A stretch of DNA of 64,000 bases from contig CBDCQT010000013.1 in assembly GCA_965220745.1 (NCBI GenBank), positions 960,001-1,024,000 of the forward strand. The letters run 5' to 3'. The translations under genes and the position numbers were made by a program. The DNA comes from Alphaproteobacteria bacterium (lineage in GTDB: Bacteria > Pseudomonadota > Alphaproteobacteria > UBA828). Below are positions 10,344 through 19,671 of this stretch, one piece after another (the stretch's first letter is position 1; the number at the start of each line of letters is the position of its first letter). A model generated the notes under the pieces. That model saw only the letters and a program-made list of their open reading frames with translations, searched no databases and had not been told where the DNA came from.

Positions 10344-11344
10344 CGATAGGGGTCGTCCTGGCTCAGATAGTCACGCACATAGCAGCCGACACCATCTTCG
10401 ATAGCCATGAAGGGCGCCGTGTAGCCCGCGCGGCGGAGGCGTCCCGTCCGCGCCTCAGTAAAGTACTGGTAATGCGCGCGTATGGCTTGCGGCATCTCGA
10501 TATAGTCGATCGACGGTGCACGGCCGAGCGCCGCGAAGAGCGCATTCGCAAGCGCCGTAAAACTGCGCGCCGTTCCGGTCCCGACGTTGAACAAGCCGCT
10601 TATCTGCGGATTATCCAGCAGCCACAGCATCACGGCGACACAGTCTCCGACCCACACGAAGTCGCGGCATTGGCCGCCGTCGGGGTATTGCGAGTCGCAA
10701 GACTTGAAGAGGCGGATCGGTCGGCCCTCGGCCGCGTCGGGGTACGCGGTCGCCAAGACGCTGCGCTGGCCGTTCTTGTGATACTCGTTGGGGCCATAGA
10801 CGTTGAAGAATTTGAGGCCGGCCCACTGCGGCGGTCTCGGTGCGCCCGCTGCCACCTCGTGAGCGACACGGCGATCGAAGAGATGCTTGCTACGGCCGTA
10901 GCCGCTGAGCGGCTTCAGTCGGGCGAGCGCCTGGATCGAACCGTCATCGTCGAATCCGCGCGAACCGTCTCCGTAGGTGGCGGCCGATGAGGCGTAGATC
11001 AACGGCACACCCTCGGCCGCGCACCAGTGCCAGAGGCTCAGGCTGAAACGATAGTTGTTCCGCGCGAGCAGGCTCGCATCGGATTCGGTCGTGGACGAGA
11101 TGGCGCCCAAGTGAAAGACGGCGCGCACCTGCCCGGATTGGGCTGCGAGATGGGCGGGGAGGGCGGCCGGCTCGACGAAGGCGCCGAGCTTTCGCTCGGC
11201 GATGGTCCGGCCGTTGCCGCCCGCGCCCGGCCTGTCGCAGACCACCAAGGGGCCCTCGCCTCGCTCCTCCAGCGCGGCGATCAGGTTCGAGCCGATGAAG
11301 CCCGCACCGCCCGTGACGATGATCATGCCGTTGCCTTCTGCCAT
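10340..11344 (-). CDS. hldD: ADP-L-glycero-D-manno-heptose 6-epimerase
   Basis: IIVTGGAGFIGSN, HLGAISSTTE, YASSAATYG, FFNVYGPNEYHK, YQYFTEA. Confidence 0.88.
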   Translation of the reverse strand: MAEGNGMIIVTGGAGFIGSNLIAALEERGEGPLVVCDRPGAGGNGRTIAERKLGAFVEPAALPAHLAAQSGQVRAVFHLGAISSTTESDASLLARNNYRFSLSLWHWCAAEGVPLIYASSAATYGDGSRGFDDDGSIQALARLKPLSGYGRSKHLFDRRVAHEVAAGAPRPPQWAGLKFFNVYGPNEYHKNGQRSVLATAYPDAAEGRPIRLFKSCDSQYPDGGQCRDFVWVGDCVAVMLWLLDNPQISGLFNVGTGTARSFTALANALFAALGRAPSIDYIEMPQAIRAHYQYFTEARTGRLRRAGYTAPFMAIEDGVGCYVRDYLSQDDPYR

Positions 11345-11440
11345 ACCGTTCGACTCGGCGCGGCAGGTTATAGGGTCGCCCCGTCGGGGCCGGCAAGCAC
11401 CAAGCGGCACCGCCGCCCGTCGCCGGGACGGTCGATTCGG

Positions 11441-12316
11441 TCAGATCGTCCGTAACAGACCGCCCATGACCAGTCGCAGCTTCTGGGTCGCGGTGAACCG
11501 GATGCGCCGGCCGGCGACCGGGAAGTTCGCCCGCTCGATGCGGTCGAGATAGGCTTCGTAGACGCTGCGCATGAGGATGGCCGGCCGCATGGAGCGGCGT
11601 TCCGAACGCGGCAGTGCGTCGCTCGCCGCGCCGAAGTGCCGCCGCGCCATGCCGCCGAGGGTGCGGCAGACCTTCTCCACTCCCGGCGTGCGTCCGATCG
11701 CCTCCGGCTTGATGTCCGCGAGGCCCTGCTTTGCCAGCAGCTCTTGCGGCAGGTAGATGCGACCGCGCCTGGCGTCCTCGGCCACGTCGCGGAGGATATT
11801 GGTGAGTTGGAAGGCCTGGCCGAGATGGCGCGCGAAGGTGGGGATGGTGCGCGCCCGATACTCGAAAATTTCGACCGAGAGCAGGCCGACACAGCCGGCG
11901 ACACAGTGGCAGTAGCGTTCGAGTTCGGCCAGGGTGGGCCGCAGCATGGCGCCGCCGCCGTCCATCTCGAACCCTTCCAGAATTTCCATGAAGTGCTTCT
12001 CGGCGAGCCCGAAGCGCTCGACCGGAACGGCGAGCGCGCGTGTCACCGGATGGCTCGGCGCGCCTTGGTAGAGAGCGCGGACCTCGCCCCGCCAGGCGTC
12101 GATCAACGCACGCGACTCCGCCGGGTCCTCGATCTCGTCCGCAACGTCGTCGGTCTCCCGACAGAAGGCGTAGAGCGCCAGCATCGCCTCGCGCTTCTCG
12201 CGCGGCAGCAGCATCATCGGCAGGAAGAACGAACTCCCGGACGCCCGCGTCACCTCGGCGACGTAGCGCTTCGGGTCGGGCGCCTCGGGAATCGGCAGGG
12301 TGACGGCCGTGCTCAC
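11441..12316 (-). CDS. hpnD: presqualene diphosphate synthase
   Basis: SGSSF, YAFCRETDDVAD, FQLTNILRDVAEDA..GRIYLP; GTG overlaps the hpnC stop. Confidence 0.85.
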   Translation of the reverse strand: MSTAVTLPIPEAPDPKRYVAEVTRASGSSFFLPMMLLPREKREAMLALYAFCRETDDVADEIEDPAESRALIDAWRGEVRALYQGAPSHPVTRALAVPVERFGLAEKHFMEILEGFEMDGGGAMLRPTLAELERYCHCVAGCVGLLSVEIFEYRARTIPTFARHLGQAFQLTNILRDVAEDARRGRIYLPQELLAKQGLADIKPEAIGRTPGVEKVCRTLGGMARRHFGAASDALPRSERRSMRPAILMRSVYEAYLDRIERANFPVAGRRIRFTATQKLRLVMGGLLRTI

Positions 12317-13197
12317 CATGCCTGGACGATGCCGCTCAGCGCGAGGCCGACGCGGCTCACTTTGGGCACCCTGATTCGGCCGGCGAGGGGGTCGCCCCGC
12401 GCCAGCCGGTGCTGGAGCGCCCAGGCCAGCTTGACGATCACCGCGCACTCCCAGCGGAAGCGCCGGCGGCGCACCGAGCGCGGCATCGCCTCGGCGCGCC
12501 GGAGCAGATCCGCGGTTCCTTCCACGCACCGGTCGATGGCGTGGCGTACCGCCGGCGCCGCCCGCCGCTCGGCGAGCATCTCGACTCCGCCGCCAGCCTC
12601 TCTTAGCCAGGGTTCTGGCACATACACGCGATCGAGCGCGAGGTAGTCCTCACCGCAGTCCTGCAGATGGTTGAGCACCTGGAGGGCGTTGCAGAGCGCG
12701 TCCGAGCCCTCGATATCGGCGTGCCCGCTTTCGCCGTGGATGTCCATCATCACCCGGCCGACCGATGCCGCCGAACGCTGGCAATAGTCCATCAAGTCGT
12801 CCCAGTCGGCGTAGCGTAGCTTGGTCGCGTCCTGGATGAAGGCGGAGAGCAGGTCGCGCCCGTTCTGCGCCGGGCATCCGGTCTCGATCAGGCTCCGGTG
12901 GTAGGGCACCGCCCAATCAGGGAGCGCCGCCTCGTCCTTGCCGAGGGCGTCGCTCGCGTCTTGCAGCCGGGCCACCTTCTCGGCTGCCGGGATGGTTGGC
13001 GAATCGGCGATGTCGTCGGCCTTGCGGGCAAACAGGTAGAAGGCGTGCACGTGGGGCCGGCAGTCGGGCGGGATCAGGAAGGAGCCGATCGGGAAGTTCT
13101 CGGTGTTGGCGCGGATCAGCGCGCGGATGTTCTCCTCGCGCGCAGCCGGCGCCTGGCCGCCCGTCGCTTCCACCGCCGCAGATGCGGAAGCCGTCAT
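12313..13197 (-). CDS. hpnC: hydroxysqualene synthase (squalene synthase HpnC)
   Basis: ENFPIGS, FARKADDIAD, SAFIQD, LQVLNHLQDC, DRVYVP. Confidence 0.87.
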   Translation of the reverse strand: MTASASAAVEATGGQAPAAREENIRALIRANTENFPIGSFLIPPDCRPHVHAFYLFARKADDIADSPTIPAAEKVARLQDASDALGKDEAALPDWAVPYHRSLIETGCPAQNGRDLLSAFIQDATKLRYADWDDLMDYCQRSAASVGRVMMDIHGESGHADIEGSDALCNALQVLNHLQDCGEDYLALDRVYVPEPWLREAGGGVEMLAERRAAPAVRHAIDRCVEGTADLLRRAEAMPRSVRRRRFRWECAVIVKLAWALQHRLARGDPLAGRIRVPKVSRVGLALSGIVQAW

Positions 13198-13203
13198 CGG
13201 CTG

Positions 13204-14430
13204 CTAGTCGGCACCGGCGAGCAGCCGCTCGGCGTGCTCCCTGGCGGAGCGGTCGATCTCGTACACGTCGTCGAGCCCACCCACGGTGCGGTGGTTGGTC
13301 TGCTCCAGGCAGCGCTCGACCGTCTGCGCGATCTCCAGAAAGCCGATTTGGCGCTCCAGAAAACTGCCCACGGCGACCTCGTTGGCAGCGTTGAGCACGA
13401 TTGGCGCACTGCCGCCCTGCGCCAGGGCCTCGCGCGCGAGCCTAAGCGCGGGGAAGCGCGCCTCATCCGGCGGCTCGAAGGTGAGGCGGCCGAGCGCCGC
13501 GAGGTCGAGCCTGGGCGAGGGCGCCGCCATGCGGGCCGGCCAGGCAAGAGCGTAGGCGATCGGCGTGCGCATGTCGGGCGTGCCGAGCTGCGCGAGCACC
13601 GAGCCGTCCTCGTAGGCCACCATGCTGTGGATTACCGATTGCGGATGCACCAGCACCTCGATCTGCTCCGCATCCACCGGAAACAAGTGAAAGGCCTCGA
13701 TCATCTCGAGGCCCTTGTTCATCATCGTCGCGGAATCCACCGAAATCTTGGCGCCCATGTCCCAATTGGGGTGGGCGACCGCCTGCTCGGGCGTGGCCTG
13801 CCCCATGGTTTCCACCGACGCCTCGCGGAAGGGCCCGCCCGAGGCGGTGAGCACGATCTTCTCCACGCTCTCGCTGCGCTTGAAATCGAACACCTGATAG
13901 ATGGCGTTGTGCTCCGAGTCGACCGGAAGCAGCGTCGCGCCGCCACGCTCGACCTCGGCGAGCATGAGCGAGCCGGCGCAGACCAGGCACTCCTTGTTGG
14001 CGAGGCCGATGACCGCGCCTCGCGTGGCGGCGGCGAGCGTGGGCTTCAGCCCCGCCGCGCCGACGATCCCGGCCATGACAAAATCGGCGGGTGCTGCTGC
14101 GGCTTCGACCAGAGCCTCACGCCCGGCCGCGGCAACGGTATCCGCGCCCGCGAGCGCCTCCTTGAGCGCGCCGTAGAGCGTGGGATCGCCGATGACGGCC
14201 TGCTTCGCGCCGACCGCGCGGGCCTGTTCGGCGAGTTGCTCTACGCTGCGCTGGGCGGTCAGCGCCTCGACCTCGAAAGCCGCCGGGTGGCGGGCGATCA
14301 GGTCGATAGTGTTGCAGCCGATTGAGCCGGTGGAGCCCAGGATGGTGACGCGCCGGGGCGCCGCACCCTCGCCAGCGGCGGGGATGTATGATTCGGGCGA
14401 GACGTCGACGGCCGCGTCCATCGGCGCCAT
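13204..14430 (-). CDS. dxr: 1-deoxy-D-xylulose-5-phosphate reductoisomerase
   Basis: GSTGSIG, LANKE, PVDSEH, TASGGPF, HPNWDMGAKISVDSATMMNKGLE. Confidence 0.97.
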   Translation of the reverse strand: MAPMDAAVDVSPESYIPAAGEGAAPRRVTILGSTGSIGCNTIDLIARHPAAFEVEALTAQRSVEQLAEQARAVGAKQAVIGDPTLYGALKEALAGADTVAAAGREALVEAAAAPADFVMAGIVGAAGLKPTLAAATRGAVIGLANKECLVCAGSLMLAEVERGGATLLPVDSEHNAIYQVFDFKRSESVEKIVLTASGGPFREASVETMGQATPEQAVAHPNWDMGAKISVDSATMMNKGLEMIEAFHLFPVDAEQIEVLVHPQSVIHSMVAYEDGSVLAQLGTPDMRTPIAYALAWPARMAAPSPRLDLAALGRLTFEPPDEARFPALRLAREALAQGGSAPIVLNAANEVAVGSFLERQIGFLEIAQTVERCLEQTNHRTVGGLDDVYEIDRSAREHAERLLAGAD

Positions 14431-14556
14431 TCACGAAGTTCCTTCGTCAGCCGGACTCTTGGCGTAGTATGGGGAATATCTTTCCAGCCCTCTCCCGCCA
14501 CCGCAACAACAAAGGCCGGGAGGCCGGGCGAGAGACCCGCGCCGCCGGAGGACGAC

Positions 14557-14889
14557 ATGAGCCTGACCAGCAAGACCTGCGAACCCTGCCGGGGCGGCAT
14601 TCCGCCCCTCGAAGAAGCCGAAGCACGCGCGTTTCTGGACCAAACGCCGGGATGGGAGCTGATCGACGACGCCACCAAGATCCGCCGCACCTTCAAGCTC
14701 GGCGACTTCGTGGAGTCCATCGCGCTGGTGAACAGGGTGGGCGACCTCGCCGAGGAGGAGGGCCATCACCCCGACATCACCTTCGGCTGGGGCTATTGCA
14801 CGGTCCTGTTCTACACCCACAAGATCAAGGGCCTGCACGAGAACGATTTCATCATGGCGGCCAAGGTCAACGAGCTGGCTGGCGGTTAG
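14557..14889 (+). CDS. phhB: pterin-4-alpha-carbinolamine dehydratase
   Basis: AEEEGHHPDI, THKIKGLHENDFIMAAK; GGAGG SD. Confidence 0.92.
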   Translation: MSLTSKTCEPCRGGIPPLEEAEARAFLDQTPGWELIDDATKIRRTFKLGDFVESIALVNRVGDLAEEEGHHPDITFGWGYCTVLFYTHKIKGLHENDFIMAAKVNELAGG

Positions 14890-15004
14890 CGTCCTTATCG
14901 AAGGTCTTGCATGGTTCGACGCCCTGGTTCCACTCCGCTCTGCCGGCTTTGCTGACGGCTGATGCGGTTTGGTTGACCCCCGCGCGTCGGGTCGCCTGCG
15001 CAGC

Positions 15005-15508
15005 TCACCCGTCCAGCAACGCGTCCAGTTCGGACATCCGCAGGATCAGCATCAGCGGCTCGCGATTCGAGAACGGACGGAATCCGAACCGTCCGTAAAA
15101 CGTCCTTGCCTGCTCGTCGATGGCCTGCACCACGATGGCGCGGGCACCGATGACCTCTGCCGCGGCCCGAGCGCGGCGCGAAGCGTCGACCAGCAGGTCG
15201 GAGCCGAGCCGCCGACCCTGGTAGGCACTGTCCACGGCAAGCTGTCCCAACAGGATGACCGGGACCGGTTCGGGCATGTTGCGGCTCGCCCGCGACGAAA
15301 GTCGCCGCTTCTCGATGGCGCTTGCGGCCAGGCTGTAGAAGCCGGCCACCCGGTCGCCGTCGCAGACGACATAGGTGCGTGCGCCGCCTTTGGCCTCGTT
15401 GAGACGTGCCTTGCCTTGCAGCCAGGCGTCGAGGGCAGGTACGCCCGATGAGAATTGCGAGACGTCGTGCCGGGGGCCGAGCGGCTCCGGCGCTGCTACC
15501 GGTCCCAC
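15005..15508 (-). CDS. GNAT-family toxin (TacT/AtaT-like)
   Basis: FSSG..LD.WL, VAGFYSL, MPEPVPVILLGQLAVD..YQGRRLG, FYGRFGF; overlaps the antitoxin. Confidence 0.88.
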   Translation of the reverse strand: MGPVAAPEPLGPRHDVSQFSSGVPALDAWLQGKARLNEAKGGARTYVVCDGDRVAGFYSLAASAIEKRRLSSRASRNMPEPVPVILLGQLAVDSAYQGRRLGSDLLVDASRRARAAAEVIGARAIVVQAIDEQARTFYGRFGFRPFSNREPLMLILRMSELDALLDG

Positions 15509-15753
15509 TGCGGCCGGCGCGCGTAACGCTCCTTCACGGCGGGATCGGATTCCACCGGTGCGTCCAGCGCAGCGACGAACGCGTCCCAGGCCTCATCGTC
15601 GAGGGCGATGATCGGGCGCTCGTTCAGAGTCTCAATCGCCGCCGCCTCGCTCGACCGCAGCACGAACTCGGTCCGTGTGACACCCCGGATCGCCGCCGCG
15701 CGGTCGATGAAGGCGAGTCGCTCTTCGGACATCCGGAAGTTGACCTGGGCCAT
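15496..15753 (-). CDS. DUF1778 ribbon-helix-helix antitoxin (TacA-like)
   Basis: VNFRM, IDRAA..G..RTEFV, I.LDDEAWDAFVAALDAP; GGGAGG SD. Confidence 0.88.
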   Translation of the reverse strand: MAQVNFRMSEERLAFIDRAAAIRGVTRTEFVLRSSEAAAIETLNERPIIALDDEAWDAFVAALDAPVESDPAVKERYARRPQWDR

Positions 15754-15801
15754 TGTGGCCTCCCTCGCGCGGGTTGCAGATGCATTACCTTCAGGCCCGA
15801 G

Positions 15802-15830
15802 TGTATAGCATATGTATAGACAATTGGCAA
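15802..15830 (-). promoter_or_regulatory. TA operon promoter with overlapping operator-like site
   Basis: minus strand TTGCCA-N17-TATACA; the 21-bp TGTATAGCATATGTATAGACA (15802-15822) spans the -10 and spacer. Confidence 0.6.
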
Positions 15831-15858
15831 TCGGATACGCGTCCTGGACAGCGTGACG

Positions 15859-18800
15859 CTAGTGCGGTGTCGATTCTCCGGCGAGGGCACAGAGGTCTCG
15901 CAGGATGCGCTGGACGCCTTCCAGCCGTGCCTCTGCGTCGGGCCAGCGGCGTACCGCCACGAGGCGGTTGTCGGGCCGGAGACGCAGCTCGTTCTCCGGC
16001 GCCGAGACGTAGCGGACCAGCGCCGCAGGCTCTACGAAGCCGCCTCCGCGGAAGCTCAGCACCGCGCCTTTGGGCCCAGCCTCCACGCGCTCGATGCCGC
16101 TCTGCCGGCAGAGTTGCTTGATCGCCATAATTTCGAGCAGATGGTGCACCGATGCCGGCGGCGGGCCGAAGCGGTCGGTCAGCTCGTCGACGAAGGCGTC
16201 GATCCCGGCCTGGTCTTCGAGCGCGGCGACGCGGCGATAGAGGGTGAGCCGCACGTCGAGATCGCGCACGTAGCTCTCGGGGATCAGCACCGAGGTGCCG
16301 AGGCTGATGGTGGGCGACCAGCGCTCGGCCGGCGGCGCCTCGCTACCCGCGGCGGCACGCGCGGTTGCCACGGCCTCCTCCAACATGTGCTGATAGAGCT
16401 CGATGCCGACCTCGCGGATGTGGCCTGACTGTTCCGCGCCCAGCAGGTTGCCCGCGCCTCTGATGTCGAGGTCGTGGCTCGCCAGGCTGAAGCCCGCACC
16501 CAAGCCGTCGAGGCGGTGGATGACCTGAAGCCGCTTGTGGGCGTCATCGGTGAGCCGATGGCCAGGTGGCAGCGTCAGATACGCGTAGCCGCGCAGCTTC
16601 GCTCGGCCGATCCGCCCGCGCAGCTGGTAGAGTTGGGCGAGGCCGAAGCGGTCCGCGCGATGGACGATCATTGTGTTGACACGCTGCAGGTCGAGCCCCG
16701 ATTCGATGATCGCGGTGGAGACCAGCACGTCGAACTTGCCGTCGTAGAAGTCGCCCATGACGGTATCGAGGGAGCGCGCGGCGAGCCGGCCGTGGGCGAC
16801 GGCGACCTTCACCTCGGGCACCAGGCGGCGCACGCGCTCGGCCACCTCGTCGAGGTCGGCGATGCGCGGGCAGACGTAGAAGGTCTGGCCGCCGCGCAGG
16901 TGCTCGCGCATCAGCGCCTCGCGCACGACCACCGGGTCGAAGGGCAGGATGAAGGTGCGCACCGCGAGGCGATCCACCGGGGGAGTCGCGATGACGCTCA
17001 TGTCGCGCACGCCGCTCAGCGCCATCTGAAGCGTGCGGGGAATCGGCGTCGCGGTGAGGGTCAGGACATGGGCTTCGGCCTTGAGCTGCTTCAGGCGCTC
17101 CTTGTGGGCGACGCCGAAGTGCTGCTCCTCGTCCACGACGACGAGACCGAGATCGTTGAAGGCGATCTGCTTGCCGAGCAGCGCGTGGGTGCCGATGACG
17201 ATGTCGACCGTGCCGGCGGCGATCCCGCGCTTGGTCTCCGCCTGCTCCTTGGCCGGCACCAAGCGCGAGAGCTGTGCGATCTCTACCGGCAGCCGGGCAA
17301 AGCGCTCTCTGAAGGTCTGCATATGCTGCCGTGAGAGCAATGTGGTCGGCGTCAGCACCGCGACCTGCTTGCCGGCGTGGACCGCATGGAAGGCGGCGCG
17401 CAGAGCCACTTCGGTCTTGCCGAAGCCGACGTCGCCGCAGATCAGGCGGTCCATCGCCCGGCCGGCGTCGAGATCGCCGATGGCCTCGTCGATGGCGCGC
17501 GCTTGATCGTCGGTCTCGACGTAAGGGAAGCCCGCGCAGAAGGCGTCGTAGAGGGCGCCTGGCGCCGTCAGCTGCGGCGCAGGCCGGGTCGCACGCTCGG
17601 CCGCGAGCCCGATGAGCTGGTTCGCCATGTCGCGGATGCGCTGCTTGAGCTTCGCCTTGCGCGCCTGCCAGCCCGCGCCGCCCAGCCGGTCGAGCGCGAC
17701 CGGGCGATCGGCCGAGCCGTAGCGCGAGAGCAGCTCGATATTCTCGACGGGGAGGAACAGGCGGTCGTCGCCCTCGTAGAGAATGCGCAGGCAATCGTGG
17801 GGCGCGTGATCGACCTCAAGGGTCACCAGGCCGTCGTAGCGGCCGATGCCGTGGTCGACGTGCACGACCAGGTCGCCGTCGGAGAGCGCCGCCACATCGA
17901 CGAGAAACTCGTCGGCGGGCTTCCGGCGCCGGCGTTCCGGCCGACTCGCGCGGGCGCCGAGGATGTCTTGCTCGGCGATCACGGCGAGGCCCGCCGAGAC
18001 GAAGCCCCGCTCCAGCGGCAGCACCGCCGCCGCTGCCATCTCAGGCGGCAGCGCGCCGGCCGCCTGCCAGTCCGCGACCGGCTCGATCGCGTGCACGCCG
18101 TGCTCCCGCAGCAGACGGACCATGCGGTCGCGGCTGCCGGCGCCGCCGCCCGCGATCAGAACCCTGAGGCCGCTTTCTTGCAGATGGTCGATGTGCTCCC
18201 CGACCGTCTCGAACAGCGCTCCGTGACGCTGCGCGCGCTCGGCGACGAAGTCGCGCCCATCGCGGGCACCTGCATCCGCTCCGCCTTCGGCTTCGACGAA
18301 GGGCGAGCATTGCACGACCGGTCGCCCGGCGAGCCGCCGTCCCCATTCGTCGGCATCGAGAAAGAGCGCCTCGGGCGGGACCGGGTGATAGGGCGTGTCC
18401 ACGACCGAAGAGGAGGGCGGATTGGCGCGCGCACCGTAGAAATCAGCGATGGTCTCGAAGCGGTCGTCGCGCACTTCCGCCGCACGGTGGTCAAGGAGCA
18501 CGGGGCCCTCGGGAACGTAATCGAAGAGCGTCTCCAGCCCTTCGTGAAACATCGGCAGCCAGTGCTCGATGCCGGGATAGCGCCGGCCGGCAGAGACCGC
18601 TTCGTAGAGCGGATCGTCGCCTGAGACGGCGCCGAACTGCCGGCGATAGGCGCCGCGGAAGCGCGCGATCGACTGCGGGTTGAGCAGCACCTCGCTGACC
18701 GGGGCGAGGTGCAACGTGCCGGCGGGCTCGTCGCGACGCTGCGACAGCGGGTCGAACCAGTGCATGGTCTCGATGACATCGCCAAAGAAGTCGAGTCGCA

Positions 18801-19356
18801 CCGGGCGCTCGGCGTTGGGCGCGAAAATATCCACGATGCCGCCGCGCACGGCGTAGTCGCCGGCCTCCATCACCGTGCCGGTACGCACGAAGCCGTTGCG
18901 TTCGAGGTAGGCCAGCAGGGTCTCGGTATCGAGCGACGCGCCTGAGTCCAGCGGCAGCGTGGCGTCGGCAAGCATCGTCCGGGGCGGCACCCGCTGGACC
19001 GCCGCGTTGACCGTGGTGAGCACCACTTTCGGCCGCGCGGCATCATCGCCCAGGAGGCGGACGAGGCTGGCGAGGCGCCGGCTGGCGATATCGGCGCGCG
19101 GCGAGACCCGGTCGTAGGGCAGGCAGTCCCAGGCCGGGATGGTGACCGGGGCACAGCCGGGATCGAAGAAGGCGAGCATCGCGGAGAGGCGCGCGAGTCT
19201 GGCATCGTCGCGGGCGATGTAGAGCACGGGCGCGGCCTGCGACTCCGCGAGGCCAAGCAGGACCGCCGCGGCGAAGCCTTCGGGAACCCCGCCGAGGCCG
19301 ATCTGGCCGGGCGCGGTGAGGACGCGCAGGCGGCGGTCGGGGACGAGCACGGTCAA
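15859..19356 (-). CDS. mfd: transcription-repair coupling factor
   Basis: LPYD, RGGIVD, VHVDHGIGRY, CGDVGFGKTEVA, DEEQHFGV, TATPIPRTL, QLRGRIGR. Confidence 0.97.
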   Translation of the reverse strand: MTVLVPDRRLRVLTAPGQIGLGGVPEGFAAAVLLGLAESQAAPVLYIARDDARLARLSAMLAFFDPGCAPVTIPAWDCLPYDRVSPRADIASRRLASLVRLLGDDAARPKVVLTTVNAAVQRVPPRTMLADATLPLDSGASLDTETLLAYLERNGFVRTGTVMEAGDYAVRGGIVDIFAPNAERPVRLDFFGDVIETMHWFDPLSQRRDEPAGTLHLAPVSEVLLNPQSIARFRGAYRRQFGAVSGDDPLYEAVSAGRRYPGIEHWLPMFHEGLETLFDYVPEGPVLLDHRAAEVRDDRFETIADFYGARANPPSSSVVDTPYHPVPPEALFLDADEWGRRLAGRPVVQCSPFVEAEGGADAGARDGRDFVAERAQRHGALFETVGEHIDHLQESGLRVLIAGGGAGSRDRMVRLLREHGVHAIEPVADWQAAGALPPEMAAAAVLPLERGFVSAGLAVIAEQDILGARASRPERRRRKPADEFLVDVAALSDGDLVVHVDHGIGRYDGLVTLEVDHAPHDCLRILYEGDDRLFLPVENIELLSRYGSADRPVALDRLGGAGWQARKAKLKQRIRDMANQLIGLAAERATRPAPQLTAPGALYDAFCAGFPYVETDDQARAIDEAIGDLDAGRAMDRLICGDVGFGKTEVALRAAFHAVHAGKQVAVLTPTTLLSRQHMQTFRERFARLPVEIAQLSRLVPAKEQAETKRGIAAGTVDIVIGTHALLGKQIAFNDLGLVVVDEEQHFGVAHKERLKQLKAEAHVLTLTATPIPRTLQMALSGVRDMSVIATPPVDRLAVRTFILPFDPVVVREALMREHLRGGQTFYVCPRIADLDEVAERVRRLVPEVKVAVAHGRLAARSLDTVMGDFYDGKFDVLVSTAIIESGLDLQRVNTMIVHRADRFGLAQLYQLRGRIGRAKLRGYAYLTLPPGHRLTDDAHKRLQVIHRLDGLGAGFSLASHDLDIRGAGNLLGAEQSGHIREVGIELYQHMLEEAVATARAAAGSEAPPAERWSPTISLGTSVLIPESYVRDLDVRLTLYRRVAALEDQAGIDAFVDELTDRFGPPPASVHHLLEIMAIKQLCRQSGIERVEAGPKGAVLSFRGGGFVEPAALVRYVSAPENELRLRPDNRLVAVRRWPDAEARLEGVQRILRDLCALAGESTPH

Positions 19357-19640
19357 CGGCGACGATCGCTGTGCCGCCTCATGGCCTCGCGCCTGAGCCG
19401 TGCCATGAACGGCGTGTCGTATTCGGCAGGCACCGGTGTCCGCCCGCTGATCCAGTTCGTGATGTCCACGTCGTTCGCGGTCAGCAGGCGTTCCGCTTGC
19501 GCCACTTCATCGGGCGGGAGCTGGGGGCCGAGCCGGGCGATGACGTCGCCGACCAGGAGGTCGGTCTCCCTGGTGCCGGTGCGCGCCGAGCGATAACGGA
19601 GCCGCCTGCGCCTGGTTTCGAGGTCGAGGCCTTCGATCAT
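19353..19640 (-). CDS. sdhE: succinate dehydrogenase assembly factor 2 (SdhE/Sdh5)
   Basis: RRRLRYRS..GTRETDLL, D.DI.NWI.G; directly upstream of mfd as in alphaproteobacteria. Confidence 0.8.
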   Translation of the reverse strand: MIEGLDLETRRRRLRYRSARTGTRETDLLVGDVIARLGPQLPPDEVAQAERLLTANDVDITNWISGRTPVPAEYDTPFMARLRREAMRRHSDRRR

Positions 19641-19671
19641 GGCGGGCGTGGCCTCGGCGCCGCGGGCGCGC

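Noticed and set aside
1164-14430. MTA-isoprenoid shunt linking mtnP to dxr
   Set aside because: mtnA, the RuBisCO-like protein and the cupin are absent from the window, and the two genes are 11 kb apart in different operons.
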